A stretch of 64,000 nt of DNA from Anaerolineae bacterium (GTDB lineage Bacteria > Chloroflexota > Anaerolineae > B4-G1 > SLSP01): the NCBI GenBank assembly GCA_016926915.1, contig JAFGNR010000040.1, positions 230 through 64,229 of the forward strand, given 5' to 3'. Numbering within the stretch: the stretch's first letter is position 1; every line of letters begins with the position of its first letter. The notes beneath the pieces were generated by a model. The model searched no databases. It saw only the letters and a program-made list of their open reading frames with translations, and was not told the origin of the DNA. The position numbers and the translations under genes were made by a program. Below, one piece after another: positions 1 through 9,268 of this stretch.

Positions 1-61
1 GCAGTCGCCCTCCTCCCAGGGGGTCGAGTAGCGCGGCGTTCACCGAACTATCGTTTTCCAG

Positions 62-96
62 GCCAGCCTACGGGACCACCCGGGGCTGGCTTTTTT
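62..96 (+). terminator. Intrinsic terminator (possibly part of an attenuator)
   Basis: GCCAGCC(62-68)/GGCTGGC(84-90) outer stem, CGGG/CCCG inner stem, followed by T6 (91-96). Confidence 0.75.
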
Positions 97-190
97 GTGT
101 GTCAGAGGAGGCCAGGGACAGAAGAGTACACAAAAGCCAGGAGAAAATGACGATCAGTAAACACATGTCGCCATGACGGCATGGGGGTTC

Positions 191-218
191 TTGACATAGA
201 GGCCCACGTTCATATACT
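191..218 (+). promoter_or_regulatory. sigma70-type promoter for glnA
   Basis: TTGACA(191-196)-16 bp-TATACT(213-218); SD TAAGGAG at 231-237. Confidence 0.7.
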
Positions 219-243
219 CTTAACAGAAAATAAGGAGCATGAG

Positions 244-1575
244 ATGACTTCCGAATTGCTTACCCGCGTAAAAGAGGGGGGTATCAAGTTTGTCAGCCTG
301 CAATTCACTGATATTCTGGGCAACGTGAAGGCTGTCACGCTGCCGGTCGATCAACTTCCCCGGGCCCTGGAAGAAGGCATTTTCTTCGACGGCTCTTCCA
401 TCGAAGGGTTCGCCCGCATTCAGGAAAGCGACCGCGTTCTCGTTCCCGATCCCACGACCTATCGCGTGCTGCCCTGGAGTGCGCCGGAACGCCGTCGCGC
501 CCGTTTGTTCTGTGACGTCTACGGCCCTGATGGCAATCCCTCACCCAATGATCCGCGCACCGCGTTGAAGCGCGTTTTGGCAGAAGCCGCCAAGATGGGA
601 CTGACCTTCAACACCGGTCCCGAAATCGAGTTCTTCATCTTCGAACACTCCAACCACCACCCGCTGCGACCGGTTCCCCACGATATCATAGGCTATTTCG
701 ACTTCTCGCCGCGCGACAAAGCGCAGCAGGTGCGAAGTGAAATTGTCCTGGCCCTCAAGGCCCTGGGGATCAACGTCGAAATGAGCCACCACGAGGTCGC
801 AACAGGCCAACACGAGATTGATTTTCGCTATGCCGACGCGCTGACCAGCGCGGATAACGCGGTCACGTTCAAATACACTGTGCGTGCTATTGCCGCAGCC
901 TATGATCTCTATGCCAGCTTCATGCCCAAACCGATCTATGGCATCAACGGGTCGGGCATGCATACCCATCAAAGCCTATCCGACGCCGACGGCCATAACC
1001 TGTTTTACGATCCCGAATCCGCGCATGGGCTATCCTCTCTGGCCGAGTCATTCGTCGCAGGACAACTGGCCCACGCGCGCGCGCTTTCCGCCATCCTGGC
1101 GCCCACCGTGAACAGTTATAAACGCCTGACGCCCGGCTACGAGGCGCCTGTCTACATCTGCTGGGCGCAATTGAATCGCTCGGCATTGATTCGCGTTCCG
1201 GCAACCAGCGTCAATACCGCCGGAAGCACCCGCATCGAGCTCCGGTGTCCGGACCCCAGCACCAATCCGTACCTGGCCTTCGCCGCCATGTTGGCAGCCG
1301 GACTCGATGGCATCAAGAAGGGCCTCAAGCCGCCCGCGATGGTTAACGAGGACATCTATCATCTCAGCGCAGAAGACCTGGCGAAACGCAAGATCGCCAT
1401 GCTCCCTGCAACCCTGGCTGAAGCGCTGGAAGCGCTGCACGCCAATGAAGTCATTCGGGAGTCCCTGGGCGGCCCCATCATCGACGTCTTCATGCGGGCC
1501 AAATGGGCCGAATGGGAGGAATATCGCATCCAGGTCACGCCCTGGGAAATCGAACGCTATCTGGAAACCGCTTAG
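244..1575 (+). CDS. glnA: Glutamine synthetase type I
   Basis: Motifs FDGSSI, HHEVATGQHEI, FMPKP..GSGMH, NSYKRL.PGYEAP, NRSALIRVP, RIELRCPDP; start moved to ATG 244 after the SD. Confidence 0.95.
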   Translation: MTSELLTRVKEGGIKFVSLQFTDILGNVKAVTLPVDQLPRALEEGIFFDGSSIEGFARIQESDRVLVPDPTTYRVLPWSAPERRRARLFCDVYGPDGNPSPNDPRTALKRVLAEAAKMGLTFNTGPEIEFFIFEHSNHHPLRPVPHDIIGYFDFSPRDKAQQVRSEIVLALKALGINVEMSHHEVATGQHEIDFRYADALTSADNAVTFKYTVRAIAAAYDLYASFMPKPIYGINGSGMHTHQSLSDADGHNLFYDPESAHGLSSLAESFVAGQLAHARALSAILAPTVNSYKRLTPGYEAPVYICWAQLNRSALIRVPATSVNTAGSTRIELRCPDPSTNPYLAFAAMLAAGLDGIKKGLKPPAMVNEDIYHLSAEDLAKRKIAMLPATLAEALEALHANEVIRESLGGPIIDVFMRAKWAEWEEYRIQVTPWEIERYLETA

Positions 1576-1589
1576 CCTGAGCCAGCATG

Positions 1590-1625
1590 CACCGGCTGGC
1601 CCGCTTACGCTCAGGCCAGCCGGTG
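1590..1625 (+). repeat. Perfect 12-bp inverted repeat downstream of glnA
   Basis: CACCGGCTGGCC(1590-1601)/GGCCAGCCGGTG(1614-1625); no U-tract. Confidence 0.7.
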
Positions 1626-1649
1626 AAATGCACAATATGTGAGGTTATC

Positions 1650-2114
1650 ATGTCACCCGATAAAGTCCCGATCATCTACCAAGCCGCCGGAGGCGTCGTT
1701 ACCGATGTCGCAGGAGAGCGAGTGTTGCTCCTGATCCGCCCGGCCCGCGACGAAGTGCGACTCCCCAAAGGCCACGTCGAGCCGGGGGAATCGACAAGCG
1801 AGGCCGCAGTGCGCGAGACGCAGGAAGAAACGGGATACGGAAACCTCGCCATCGTGGCCTCACTCGGCAAGCAACTGGTGGCATTCCAACTGGGTCGCCA
1901 CTCCGTGCACCGCACCGAGTTCTATTTCCTGCTAAAGACCCTGAACTACGAGCAAATTGCCAGACCTGAAGCTGACGACGAGCAGTTTTTCCCCATTTGG
2001 GTGACCTGGGAGGAAGCCCTGGAACATCTCACCTTCGCGGCAGAGCAAGAGTGGGTCCGGCGCGCCATTGCCTATCGCAAGAAGCACCCCTCTTTTGCGA
2101 AAGAATCGCCCTAA
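1650..2114 (+). CDS. NUDIX hydrolase
   Basis: Nudix box LPKGHVEPGESTSEAAVRETQEETG; ATG 1650 after GAGG. Confidence 0.88.
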   Translation: MSPDKVPIIYQAAGGVVTDVAGERVLLLIRPARDEVRLPKGHVEPGESTSEAAVRETQEETGYGNLAIVASLGKQLVAFQLGRHSVHRTEFYFLLKTLNYEQIARPEADDEQFFPIWVTWEEALEHLTFAAEQEWVRRAIAYRKKHPSFAKESP

Positions 2115-2118
2115 GGCT

Positions 2119-2832
2119 ATGCTTAAACGCACCATGAACACACACCATCCTACCCAACTGACTGAAAAAGCCCTTGAGATCCATGACCGGTTGCAGCAAG
2201 TCTATGGAGAGCACTCCTGGCGTCAGGATACCGATCCCTTATCGGAACTGGTCAATACCATCCTGAGCCAGAACACCAATGATCTGAACCGCGACCAGGC
2301 CTTCGCGCAGCTGCGCGAGAAGTTCCCCACCTGGGAAGCAGTCCGGGATGCCCCCGTAGCCGACCTGATCGAGGCCATCCGGCCGGCCGGCCTTGCGCCG
2401 AGCAAAGGCCCGCGTATCAAAGCGGCGCTGGAACGCATTACTGAGGAAGTCGGGGCGCTTTCCCTGGACTTTCTGCGCGATCTCCCCCTGGAAGAAGCGC
2501 GAAGTTGGCTCTTGAGTCTCGACGGTGTAGGCCCCAAAACGGCAGCCATTGTGCTCCTGTTCTCCCTGGGCCGGCCCGCATTTCCGGTCGACACCCACAT
2601 TCACCGCGTAACCCGGCGCCTGGGATTGATTCCGGCGGGCGCCTCCCGGGAGAAAGCGCACAAACTCCTAGAAGACTTGTTGCCGCCGGCGTATTACTAT
2701 CCGTTTCACATCGAGATCATCACACATGGCCGGCAAATCTGCGCGGCGCGCGCGCCCCGGTGTGAAGTGTGCCCCCTGCGCGAGCTATGCCATGCTTACC
2801 AACAGAGGAGCAACCGTGAAACAAACCCGTAA
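2119..2832 (+). CDS. nth: Endonuclease III-like HhH-GPD DNA glycosylase with 4Fe-4S cluster
   Basis: LDGVGPKTA HhH, PVDTH, C-x6-C-x2-C-x5-C; start could also be ATG 2134. Confidence 0.85.
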   Translation: MLKRTMNTHHPTQLTEKALEIHDRLQQVYGEHSWRQDTDPLSELVNTILSQNTNDLNRDQAFAQLREKFPTWEAVRDAPVADLIEAIRPAGLAPSKGPRIKAALERITEEVGALSLDFLRDLPLEEARSWLLSLDGVGPKTAAIVLLFSLGRPAFPVDTHIHRVTRRLGLIPAGASREKAHKLLEDLLPPAYYYPFHIEIITHGRQICAARAPRCEVCPLRELCHAYQQRSNRETNP

Positions 2833-3394
2833 CCCCCGCTTTCCCTTATTGATTTACCAGGCCATCGGCAAACGGTGGCGCGGCCCCTCCTTCCTGTTAA
2901 TCCCGGCAGGTGTAAGCTTGTGGTGGGCGACGCGCCAAAGCGCAGCCCTCAACACGGAGTATGCCGCCCTTGCGCTCATTATCACCCTGGTCGGGTTCCT
3001 GCTGTTTGCCTATAGTCTCCTGGCCCACAACGCCGGGGTGCGATGCCACGAGCAACACTTCACAGTAGGGTCGGCGATCTATCCGCTCAATTTCTCCTAC
3101 CGGCGCATCACCACCGTGCGCCCCGTACAGTTCAACCAAATCTTCCCCCCCACCCAAGAGAAAGCAGCGCGCCGCCGGCTTTTCGAAAGCTATTGGAGCA
3201 AAACGACCGTGGTGGTGGATCTCAACGGATACCCGCTACCTCTGTGGTGGATCAAATTGTGGTTCAGCCCTTACGTGATCGTTCCGGACGGCACAGGACT
3301 GGTGCTGCTGGTAGAGGACTGGATGGGATTGATCCGGCAGTTGGAGACCGCGCGCAGCTTCCAGGCGGAGAAACGCAAGGTTGCGCGGCTTTAG
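2816..3394 (+). CDS. Hypothetical membrane protein (2 TM + soluble C-terminus)
   Basis: GTG after GAGGAG SD, overlaps nth stop; two hydrophobic segments. Confidence 0.65.
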   Translation: MKQTRNPRFPLLIYQAIGKRWRGPSFLLIPAGVSLWWATRQSAALNTEYAALALIITLVGFLLFAYSLLAHNAGVRCHEQHFTVGSAIYPLNFSYRRITTVRPVQFNQIFPPTQEKAARRRLFESYWSKTTVVVDLNGYPLPLWWIKLWFSPYVIVPDGTGLVLLVEDWMGLIRQLETARSFQAEKRKVARL

Positions 3395-3447
3395 AGGGTT
3401 TAGCGTGCTTCGAGACCTCTCCGTTACAAAATGCCTTGGTTAAGGAA

Positions 3448-3480
3448 ATTTTAACAGGGTTTTCCACATGGTTCTCCACA
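3448..3480 (+). promoter_or_regulatory. Tandem DnaA boxes upstream of dnaA
   Basis: TTTTCCACA(3460-3468, fits TTWTNCACA), TTCTCCACA(3472-3480, 1 mismatch), degenerate ATTTTAACA(3448-3456); 12-bp period. Confidence 0.65.
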
Positions 3481-3612
3481 GCGAGAAACCGCAGATATAG
3501 GGGGAAGCCCGCGCCGGACTGGCACAAGCGCCGAATAACGCTTTTGCTACTCACACTTAAGAGTGCAATATTAAAATTACTCGGATTTTAACGTAAAATG
3601 CCGCTCCAGGCA

Positions 3613-3641
3613 TTGCCCAGAACGGCATTTTCTGGTAGAAT
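3613..3641 (+). promoter_or_regulatory. Putative dnaA promoter (extended -10)
   Basis: TTGCCC(3613-3618)-17 bp-TAGAAT(3636-3641) with TGn extension. Confidence 0.55.
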
Positions 3642-3786
3642 GTGATCAGGCCAAGGGGCAAGAGCTCCACGACCTGTCGGCCAGATCCACGCCGGCAGGT
3701 GATGTTCGACTATATCCTAACGATGGCAGCAGTATTTCATCGTGTGGGGGTTTTTTGCGTCTATCATACGAGGCGAGGGCATAACG

Positions 3787-5136
3787 ATGGCAACGACAGA
3801 TCCGCAACGGCTTTGGCAGGCGACACTCGGAGAGTTGGAACTCCAAATGACCCGTGCGACTTTTGACACCTGGCTACGCGACACTCATTTCCTGGCAATG
3901 GAAGATGGCAATCGCATCGTAATCGGAGTCAAGAACGGTTACGCCGTGGAGTGGCTGGAAAATCGGCTCTATCCGGTGATTCAACGCGCACTCTTTCACA
4001 TCGCAGGGCAACCCATGGAAGCGCGGTTTGTAGTGTGGGATAACAAGATCATGAACGAGGAAGAAAACCCGTATCTCTTGATGGGCCAAACCGGCCCGGC
4101 TGAGATCGAGGTCGTTTCCGATCCGGGGTTGAATCCCGAGTACAATTTCGAGAATTTCGTTATCGGGCCTGGGAATCGCCTGGCCCAGGCGGCCTCACAG
4201 GCAGTAGCCGAGGCGCCCGCGCGCGCGTACAATCCGCTCTTCATCTACGGGGGTGTGGGGTTAGGGAAAACCCACCTCCTGCACGCTATTGGACAAATCT
4301 GCCATAAGAAAGGTATGCAAGTCCTCTATCTATCGTCAGAGCAGTTCACGAACGACCTGGTGGATGCCATTCGCACCCACACCACGGATACCTTCCGGGA
4401 GAAATATCGCAGCACGCATGTGCTGCTGGTGGATGATATTCAGTTCATAGCCGGGAAGGAAAGCACCCAGGAGGAGTTCTTCCACACGTTCAACGCCTTG
4501 CGCGACAACGGCCGGCAGATCGTATTGAGCAGCGATCGTCCGCCCCGCGCCATGAGCACGTTGGAAGAGCGGCTGCGCTCGCGGTTCGAATGGGGGCTGA
4601 TTGTGGACATTCAGGCCCCGGATTTCGAAACCCGCCTCGCGATTCTGCAACACAAGGCCAACCGGCTCATGATAGACATGCCCGACAACGTCCTGGAGTT
4701 CATCGCCAACAACATCGAGAGCAATATTCGAGAACTCGAGGGGGCGCTCAACCAGGTGCTGGCCTTGACCCGGCTCACAGGCCAGCCTTTGAATGTGGAA
4801 ACTACCCAGAACGCTTTGGCCGATCTGCTGCCCCACCGACCTGAGATTCGCCCGAACGAGATCATCGAAACGGTGGCAGCGTACTACAACATTTCGGTTG
4901 ATGAACTGCAGGGCGCGCGACGCAACCAACGCATCGCCTTCCCGCGCCAAATCGCGATGTACCTGATGCGGGAAGAGACCGGGGAATCCCTCCCACAGAT
5001 CGGGGCGCGGTTGGGAGGACGCGATCACACGACCATCCTCTATGGGTGCGACCGAATTCGCACCCGGATGGAATCCGATGCGCAGGTGCGACGTGAGGTG
5101 CTGGCCCTCAAAGCGCGGCTTTATGAGCGGAACTGA
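3787..5136 (+). CDS. dnaA: Chromosomal replication initiator DnaA
   Basis: YNPLFIYGGVGLGKTHLL Walker A, DDIQF, TQEEFFHTFN, RLRSRF, domain IV GGRDHTT. Confidence 0.97.
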   Translation: MATTDPQRLWQATLGELELQMTRATFDTWLRDTHFLAMEDGNRIVIGVKNGYAVEWLENRLYPVIQRALFHIAGQPMEARFVVWDNKIMNEEENPYLLMGQTGPAEIEVVSDPGLNPEYNFENFVIGPGNRLAQAASQAVAEAPARAYNPLFIYGGVGLGKTHLLHAIGQICHKKGMQVLYLSSEQFTNDLVDAIRTHTTDTFREKYRSTHVLLVDDIQFIAGKESTQEEFFHTFNALRDNGRQIVLSSDRPPRAMSTLEERLRSRFEWGLIVDIQAPDFETRLAILQHKANRLMIDMPDNVLEFIANNIESNIRELEGALNQVLALTRLTGQPLNVETTQNALADLLPHRPEIRPNEIIETVAAYYNISVDELQGARRNQRIAFPRQIAMYLMREETGESLPQIGARLGGRDHTTILYGCDRIRTRMESDAQVRREVLALKARLYERN

Positions 5137-7111
5137 AACAGCTGTCCCCAAGACCGACGCGGCTCCCAGAAGAAGCCGCGTTTTTGGTCTGGCGCCGCGC
5201 CGCTGCCATAGGGTGTGTCTGCTTGTCATCCTGTGCCTCGGCGCAGTGCTCCGGTGCGCCAACGTGACGTTGCCGCCGGTGGATTATCACAGCTGGCGGC
5301 AGACCGAAACGGCGGCGCTGGCGCGGAATTACGCCGCAGAAGGGTACCGCCTGTTTTATCCCACCGTAGATTGGCGGGGGCATACTGAAGGCTACGTAGA
5401 GTCGGAGCTGTCCCTCTATGCATTCACCGTGGCGCTGCTGTACGGAGTGTTGGGTTTCAACGAAGCCTGGGCCAGACTCTTGACCATTTTGGTAACCGCC
5501 ATCACCGGGTACCTGCTCGCCGGGATCGCCGCGCGCATCTGGACCCGACGCGCCGGGCTTTTTACCGCCCTGGTCTTCACGTTCCTTTCTCCCTTCAGCC
5601 TGTTCTTCGGGCAGGCCATCATGGGAGACATGACTGTGCTGTTGTGCGTCACCCTGGCGGTATACGCCGGTTTGCGTTGGATGGAGCAAGCCGCACAAGC
5701 ATCCGAATCACCAACAAGGGGTTGGGGATGGTTCCTGCTCATGGGAGGGACATTGGCGGCCGGCGGCCTCTCGAAGCTGCCCGCGCTCTATATTGCCGCC
5801 CCCCTCGCAGTCCTGCTCTTCTTGCGCGAAGGGTGGCGCATGGTACGCAAGCCCCGGAACTGGGCGCTGGCCCTGGTATCCATCGGCCTCGTCGCGGCGT
5901 GGTATGCCCATGCATACCGCCTCGGAACTCAGACCGGGTTGACCTTTGGGATTTGGGGATCGAACAAGGTAGGGAATTGGGATCTACTGCGCGATGTGGG
6001 ATTCTATCGCGCCTTGTGGTTCAATTTCTCACGACGCCTGCTGGCGCCCCAGGTTTTCGTTTTCATGGGGCTGGGGCTGGTATTGCCCTACACACGCCGG
6101 ACCGAGGCCGCGCCCGTGGTCTGGCTGCTGAGTGTGCTGGCCTATCTACTGTATGCCGGCATTGGCGTCCTGGGGCAAGACTACTACACCCTGGCGCTGC
6201 TGCCGCCGGTAAGTCTGCTGGCAGGCAAGGCGTTAAACTGGATTTATGAGCGCATCACGATCTGGGGCTGGCGCCCCACGTTTCGATATCCCCTGGCCGC
6301 TTTCGCGCTTTTCGGTCTGTCTACCTTTCTGCTGTTGCAAGCCTCGGTGTATGCCGGGAATACCGCTGCCGAACTGTTCACGCCCTCAGAGTCTGCCTGG
6401 GGATTCTGGGAAGGGGGTCACTGGATTCAGGCAGCCACGCCGCCAGACGCCGGCTTGATCGTCGTCGGCGCCTCCCCTCCGGAGGGCTTGTATTTCAGCC
6501 ATCGCCATGGCCTGTGGTATGAAGATGACGCCCTCGCAGCCGTACCGACCGCAGATTGGCCTTACGCCTTACTGCTCAACCCTTATTACGGCGACTTCCC
6601 TACCCTGACAGACCTGCCGGTGCACTGGCGCCTGATCGGCGGCGGACAATGGTTTCTGGCCTATGACCTGCAACAGCAATGGCCCGCGACGCCCACCCAT
6701 CCCCTGGCGGAAGTCCCGCAATGGGGCGGACAAATCTCACTCTTGGGCTACGATTTCATCCCCGACCAGCTGGTCAACGGAAAACTCTATCTCGTCCTGC
6801 ACTGGCGCGCCGCTGCCCAGCCGGAGGCTGCGCTGGTGGGCTTTGTCCACGTCTGGAATAGCCAGGGCGATTTCTGTGGTCAAGATGATCACCAGCCGCT
6901 GCGCGGGCGGCTGGCGACGGAGACCTGGGCGCCGGGTCAAATCGTGCTGGATCCATTCGAGGTCGACGTTTCAGAGTGCGGGCCTGCCACGGAAGCGCTG
7001 CGCGTCAGTACGGGACTCTACCGGGCAGCAGACATCACACGTATCCCCCTCACGTCGTGGCCCAATGCAGACCAGCTCTACTGGTTCGAGATCGCCCCGT
7101 CCACGGAATGA
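5123..7111 (+). CDS. GT-C (family 39/ArnT-like) membrane glycosyltransferase with C-terminal Ig-like domain
   Basis: HSWRQTETAALARN motif, many TM helices, tail LLGYD..LHW..FVH..W.PG..GLY; overlaps dnaA stop. Confidence 0.8.
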   Translation: MSGTETAVPKTDAAPRRSRVFGLAPRRCHRVCLLVILCLGAVLRCANVTLPPVDYHSWRQTETAALARNYAAEGYRLFYPTVDWRGHTEGYVESELSLYAFTVALLYGVLGFNEAWARLLTILVTAITGYLLAGIAARIWTRRAGLFTALVFTFLSPFSLFFGQAIMGDMTVLLCVTLAVYAGLRWMEQAAQASESPTRGWGWFLLMGGTLAAGGLSKLPALYIAAPLAVLLFLREGWRMVRKPRNWALALVSIGLVAAWYAHAYRLGTQTGLTFGIWGSNKVGNWDLLRDVGFYRALWFNFSRRLLAPQVFVFMGLGLVLPYTRRTEAAPVVWLLSVLAYLLYAGIGVLGQDYYTLALLPPVSLLAGKALNWIYERITIWGWRPTFRYPLAAFALFGLSTFLLLQASVYAGNTAAELFTPSESAWGFWEGGHWIQAATPPDAGLIVVGASPPEGLYFSHRHGLWYEDDALAAVPTADWPYALLLNPYYGDFPTLTDLPVHWRLIGGGQWFLAYDLQQQWPATPTHPLAEVPQWGGQISLLGYDFIPDQLVNGKLYLVLHWRAAAQPEAALVGFVHVWNSQGDFCGQDDHQPLRGRLATETWAPGQIVLDPFEVDVSECGPATEALRVSTGLYRAADITRIPLTSWPNADQLYWFEIAPSTE

Positions 7112-7219
7112 TCTCGGTGTGTTTCGTCGCAGTTAGGCGGAAAGGTGCGACGCGCTTTCACGGCGTAGGAAAGGACTCTCACAGCGTCGTGAGCTGCCAA
7201 CCAAGGAGTCACTGAAACC

Positions 7220-8755
7220 ATGCAGTTTGGCGATATCCTCTTAGCGCTGACCCCAATGGGGGTCGTTGTCGTTCTGATGATTGGTCTGCGCTGGAAAAGC
7301 GCCCGCGCCGGTCTGGCCGGCTGGGGCGTGGCGCTACTGGTAGCCAGCCTGCGGTTCGGCGCCACCCGCGACGTCCTGTTCTGGGCCCAGGTTCGCGGGG
7401 CATTCTTCGCCCTATACGTGCTCTATATCATCTGGGGCGCCTTGTTGTTTTACCGGGTCACCGAAGCCGCCGGAACGATCCAGGCGTTGAGCACCCTGCT
7501 TCAGAAAATCTCTCCTAACCGGGCGCTGCAAATCCTGCTGCTGGCCTGGGGATTCGCCTCCTTCCTGCAAGGCGTGGGAGGATTCGGCGTTCCGGTGGCC
7601 GTGGTCGCGCCGCTATTGGTGGGAATGGGCGTGCAGCCCTTGAGCGCCGTCGTGATCCCCTCGCTGGGACACACGTGGGCCGTCTCCTTCGGGTCGCTGG
7701 GCTCTTCCTTCGAAGCCCTGCGAGGCGCCACAGGGCTGGCAGGCGCCGTGCTCGCGCCCGCCAGCGCCCTCTACCTGGGCGTGGTCTGTTTCCTCATGGG
7801 GGCCGCCACACTGTGGGCGGCAGGCAGAGGACGCATGTTGAAAAGCGGGCTGGCGCCTTTGCTGCTCATGGGCAGCGCCATGGCCGGGGGACAGTGGCTT
7901 GCAGCGCGGGGAGGATTATGGAGCATTGCCGCGACCCTGGGCGCGTTGGCCGGTTTGCTGGTGGGCAGCGGCTGGGCTTTGATCCAGAGGCGAGTGCGCC
8001 GGGAAAGCGAAAAACTCCCCGCCACATTGATCCGCAACGCCCTGCTTCCCTATGGAGTGCTGCTCGTCTGGATTTTCGCCTATCGTTTCATTCCGGCGCT
8101 CAAAGGCCTGTTGGATAGTGTGATCATCCGCGTCCAGGTTCCCGGCGTGACCACGGCGCGGGGTTGGGTGACGCCCGCGGGCGCCACACAGAGCATCTCG
8201 GTCTTTGGCCAAACCGGAGCCCTGCTGATCTACGCTTCGCTGCTGATCTGGCTCCTCTACCGGCGTGGGAACCGGGAAAAAACCGGCACGTTCAGAGAGG
8301 TCTGGCAGAAAGTAGCCCGCAGCGGCGTCGCTTCCACTATCGGCATCCTCTCCATGGTAGCCCTGGCCACCACCATGGACCATGCCGGCATGATCACGTT
8401 GTTGGCGCAGGCCCTGGCCGATGCCGCCGGCGCCTTCTTCCCCCTGGTCGCTCCCTTCATCGGCGCGCTCGGCGCCTTCGTAACCGGCAGCAACACCAAC
8501 GCCAACGTGCTTTTCGGCGCCTTGCAACGTGACGTCGCGCAGACCCTCGGCTACGTAACGCCCGTGATCCTGGCCGCCCAAAACGCGGGGGGCGCCATAG
8601 GTTCCACTTTCGCACCCGCCAAGGTGCTCGTGGGGTGCAGCACCGTCGGCATGGGAAACCGGGAAGGCGACGCAATGCGAACCCTCATTGTGTACGACGT
8701 CGCCGCGCTTGGCGTCCTGGCAGTAGTAACGTGGTTTCTGGCGCAATCAAGGTGA
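7220..8755 (+). CDS. L-lactate permease family transporter
   Basis: FASFLQGVGGFGVPVAV, FGSLG, FVTGSNTNANVLFG, AAQNAGG motifs; polytopic. Confidence 0.85.
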   Translation: MQFGDILLALTPMGVVVVLMIGLRWKSARAGLAGWGVALLVASLRFGATRDVLFWAQVRGAFFALYVLYIIWGALLFYRVTEAAGTIQALSTLLQKISPNRALQILLLAWGFASFLQGVGGFGVPVAVVAPLLVGMGVQPLSAVVIPSLGHTWAVSFGSLGSSFEALRGATGLAGAVLAPASALYLGVVCFLMGAATLWAAGRGRMLKSGLAPLLLMGSAMAGGQWLAARGGLWSIAATLGALAGLLVGSGWALIQRRVRRESEKLPATLIRNALLPYGVLLVWIFAYRFIPALKGLLDSVIIRVQVPGVTTARGWVTPAGATQSISVFGQTGALLIYASLLIWLLYRRGNREKTGTFREVWQKVARSGVASTIGILSMVALATTMDHAGMITLLAQALADAAGAFFPLVAPFIGALGAFVTGSNTNANVLFGALQRDVAQTLGYVTPVILAAQNAGGAIGSTFAPAKVLVGCSTVGMGNREGDAMRTLIVYDVAALGVLAVVTWFLAQSR

Positions 8756-8822
8756 TAACGGCGTATCTTCTACACGCCTCATGAATCGAGCGCATGTTGG
8801 TTATTGCCGGAAGAACCCCCAC

Positions 8823-8851
8823 TTGAAAACCACTTGGCTTGCCTGTATAAT
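8823..8851 (+). promoter_or_regulatory. sigma70 promoter for the RR/HK pair
   Basis: TTGAAA-17 bp-TATAAT. Confidence 0.65.
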
Positions 8852-8884
8852 CAAATCAACAACCCAAGAAAAGTGAGGGGAGAT

Positions 8885-9268
8885 ATGACACGACGTATTC
8901 TGGTGGTCGATGATGACCCCGAAACCGTCAAACTGATCGAGTTTATCCTTCAGCGCAAAGGGTATCTGGTCGTCGGCGAAACCAGCGGGGCCAAAGCACT
9001 CGAAAAGGCCCTGCAAGAGCCTTTCGATCTGATCGTGCTCGATGTGATGATGCCCGAACCGGATGGGTTCAAAGTGGCGCGCGAGCTCCGCAGCGCGCAA
9101 ATGACCGGGGAAATCCCCATCCTGTTCTTCACCGCGAAAGGTTCGGTCACCGACAAACTCGCCGGCTTCCAGGTTGGTGGGGACGATTACCTGACCAAGC
9201 CCATCCACCCGGCGGAACTTCTGGCGCGCGTCGAAGCCCTGCTGGGCGTGGAGAATAACGGCAGTTGA
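8885..9268 (+). CDS. Single-domain response regulator
   Basis: ILVVDDD, LIVLDVMMP, FFTA, YLTKP receiver motifs. Confidence 0.92.
   Translation: MTRRILVVDDDPETVKLIEFILQRKGYLVVGETSGAKALEKALQEPFDLIVLDVMMPEPDGFKVARELRSAQMTGEIPILFFTAKGSVTDKLAGFQVGGDDYLTKPIHPAELLARVEALLGVENNGS

Noticed and set aside
100..145. CAAAAGCCAGGAG resembling the 3' tail of ykkC/guanidine-I riboswitches
   Set aside because: The upstream conserved core (CUAGGGUUCC, GGUCCGAG) and supporting stems are absent
171..184. Palindrome CCATG-ACGG-CATGG upstream of the glnA -35
   Set aside because: Only 5-bp arms and no fit to the GlnR/TnrA TGTNA-N7-TNACA consensus
181..243. ORF-track N-terminal extension of glnA (similar extensions on dnaA, lysS, rpsH, rplN, rplC)
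   Set aside because: The extensions overlap promoter or SD sequences or the neighbouring gene; downstream starts have better SDs and match family N-termini
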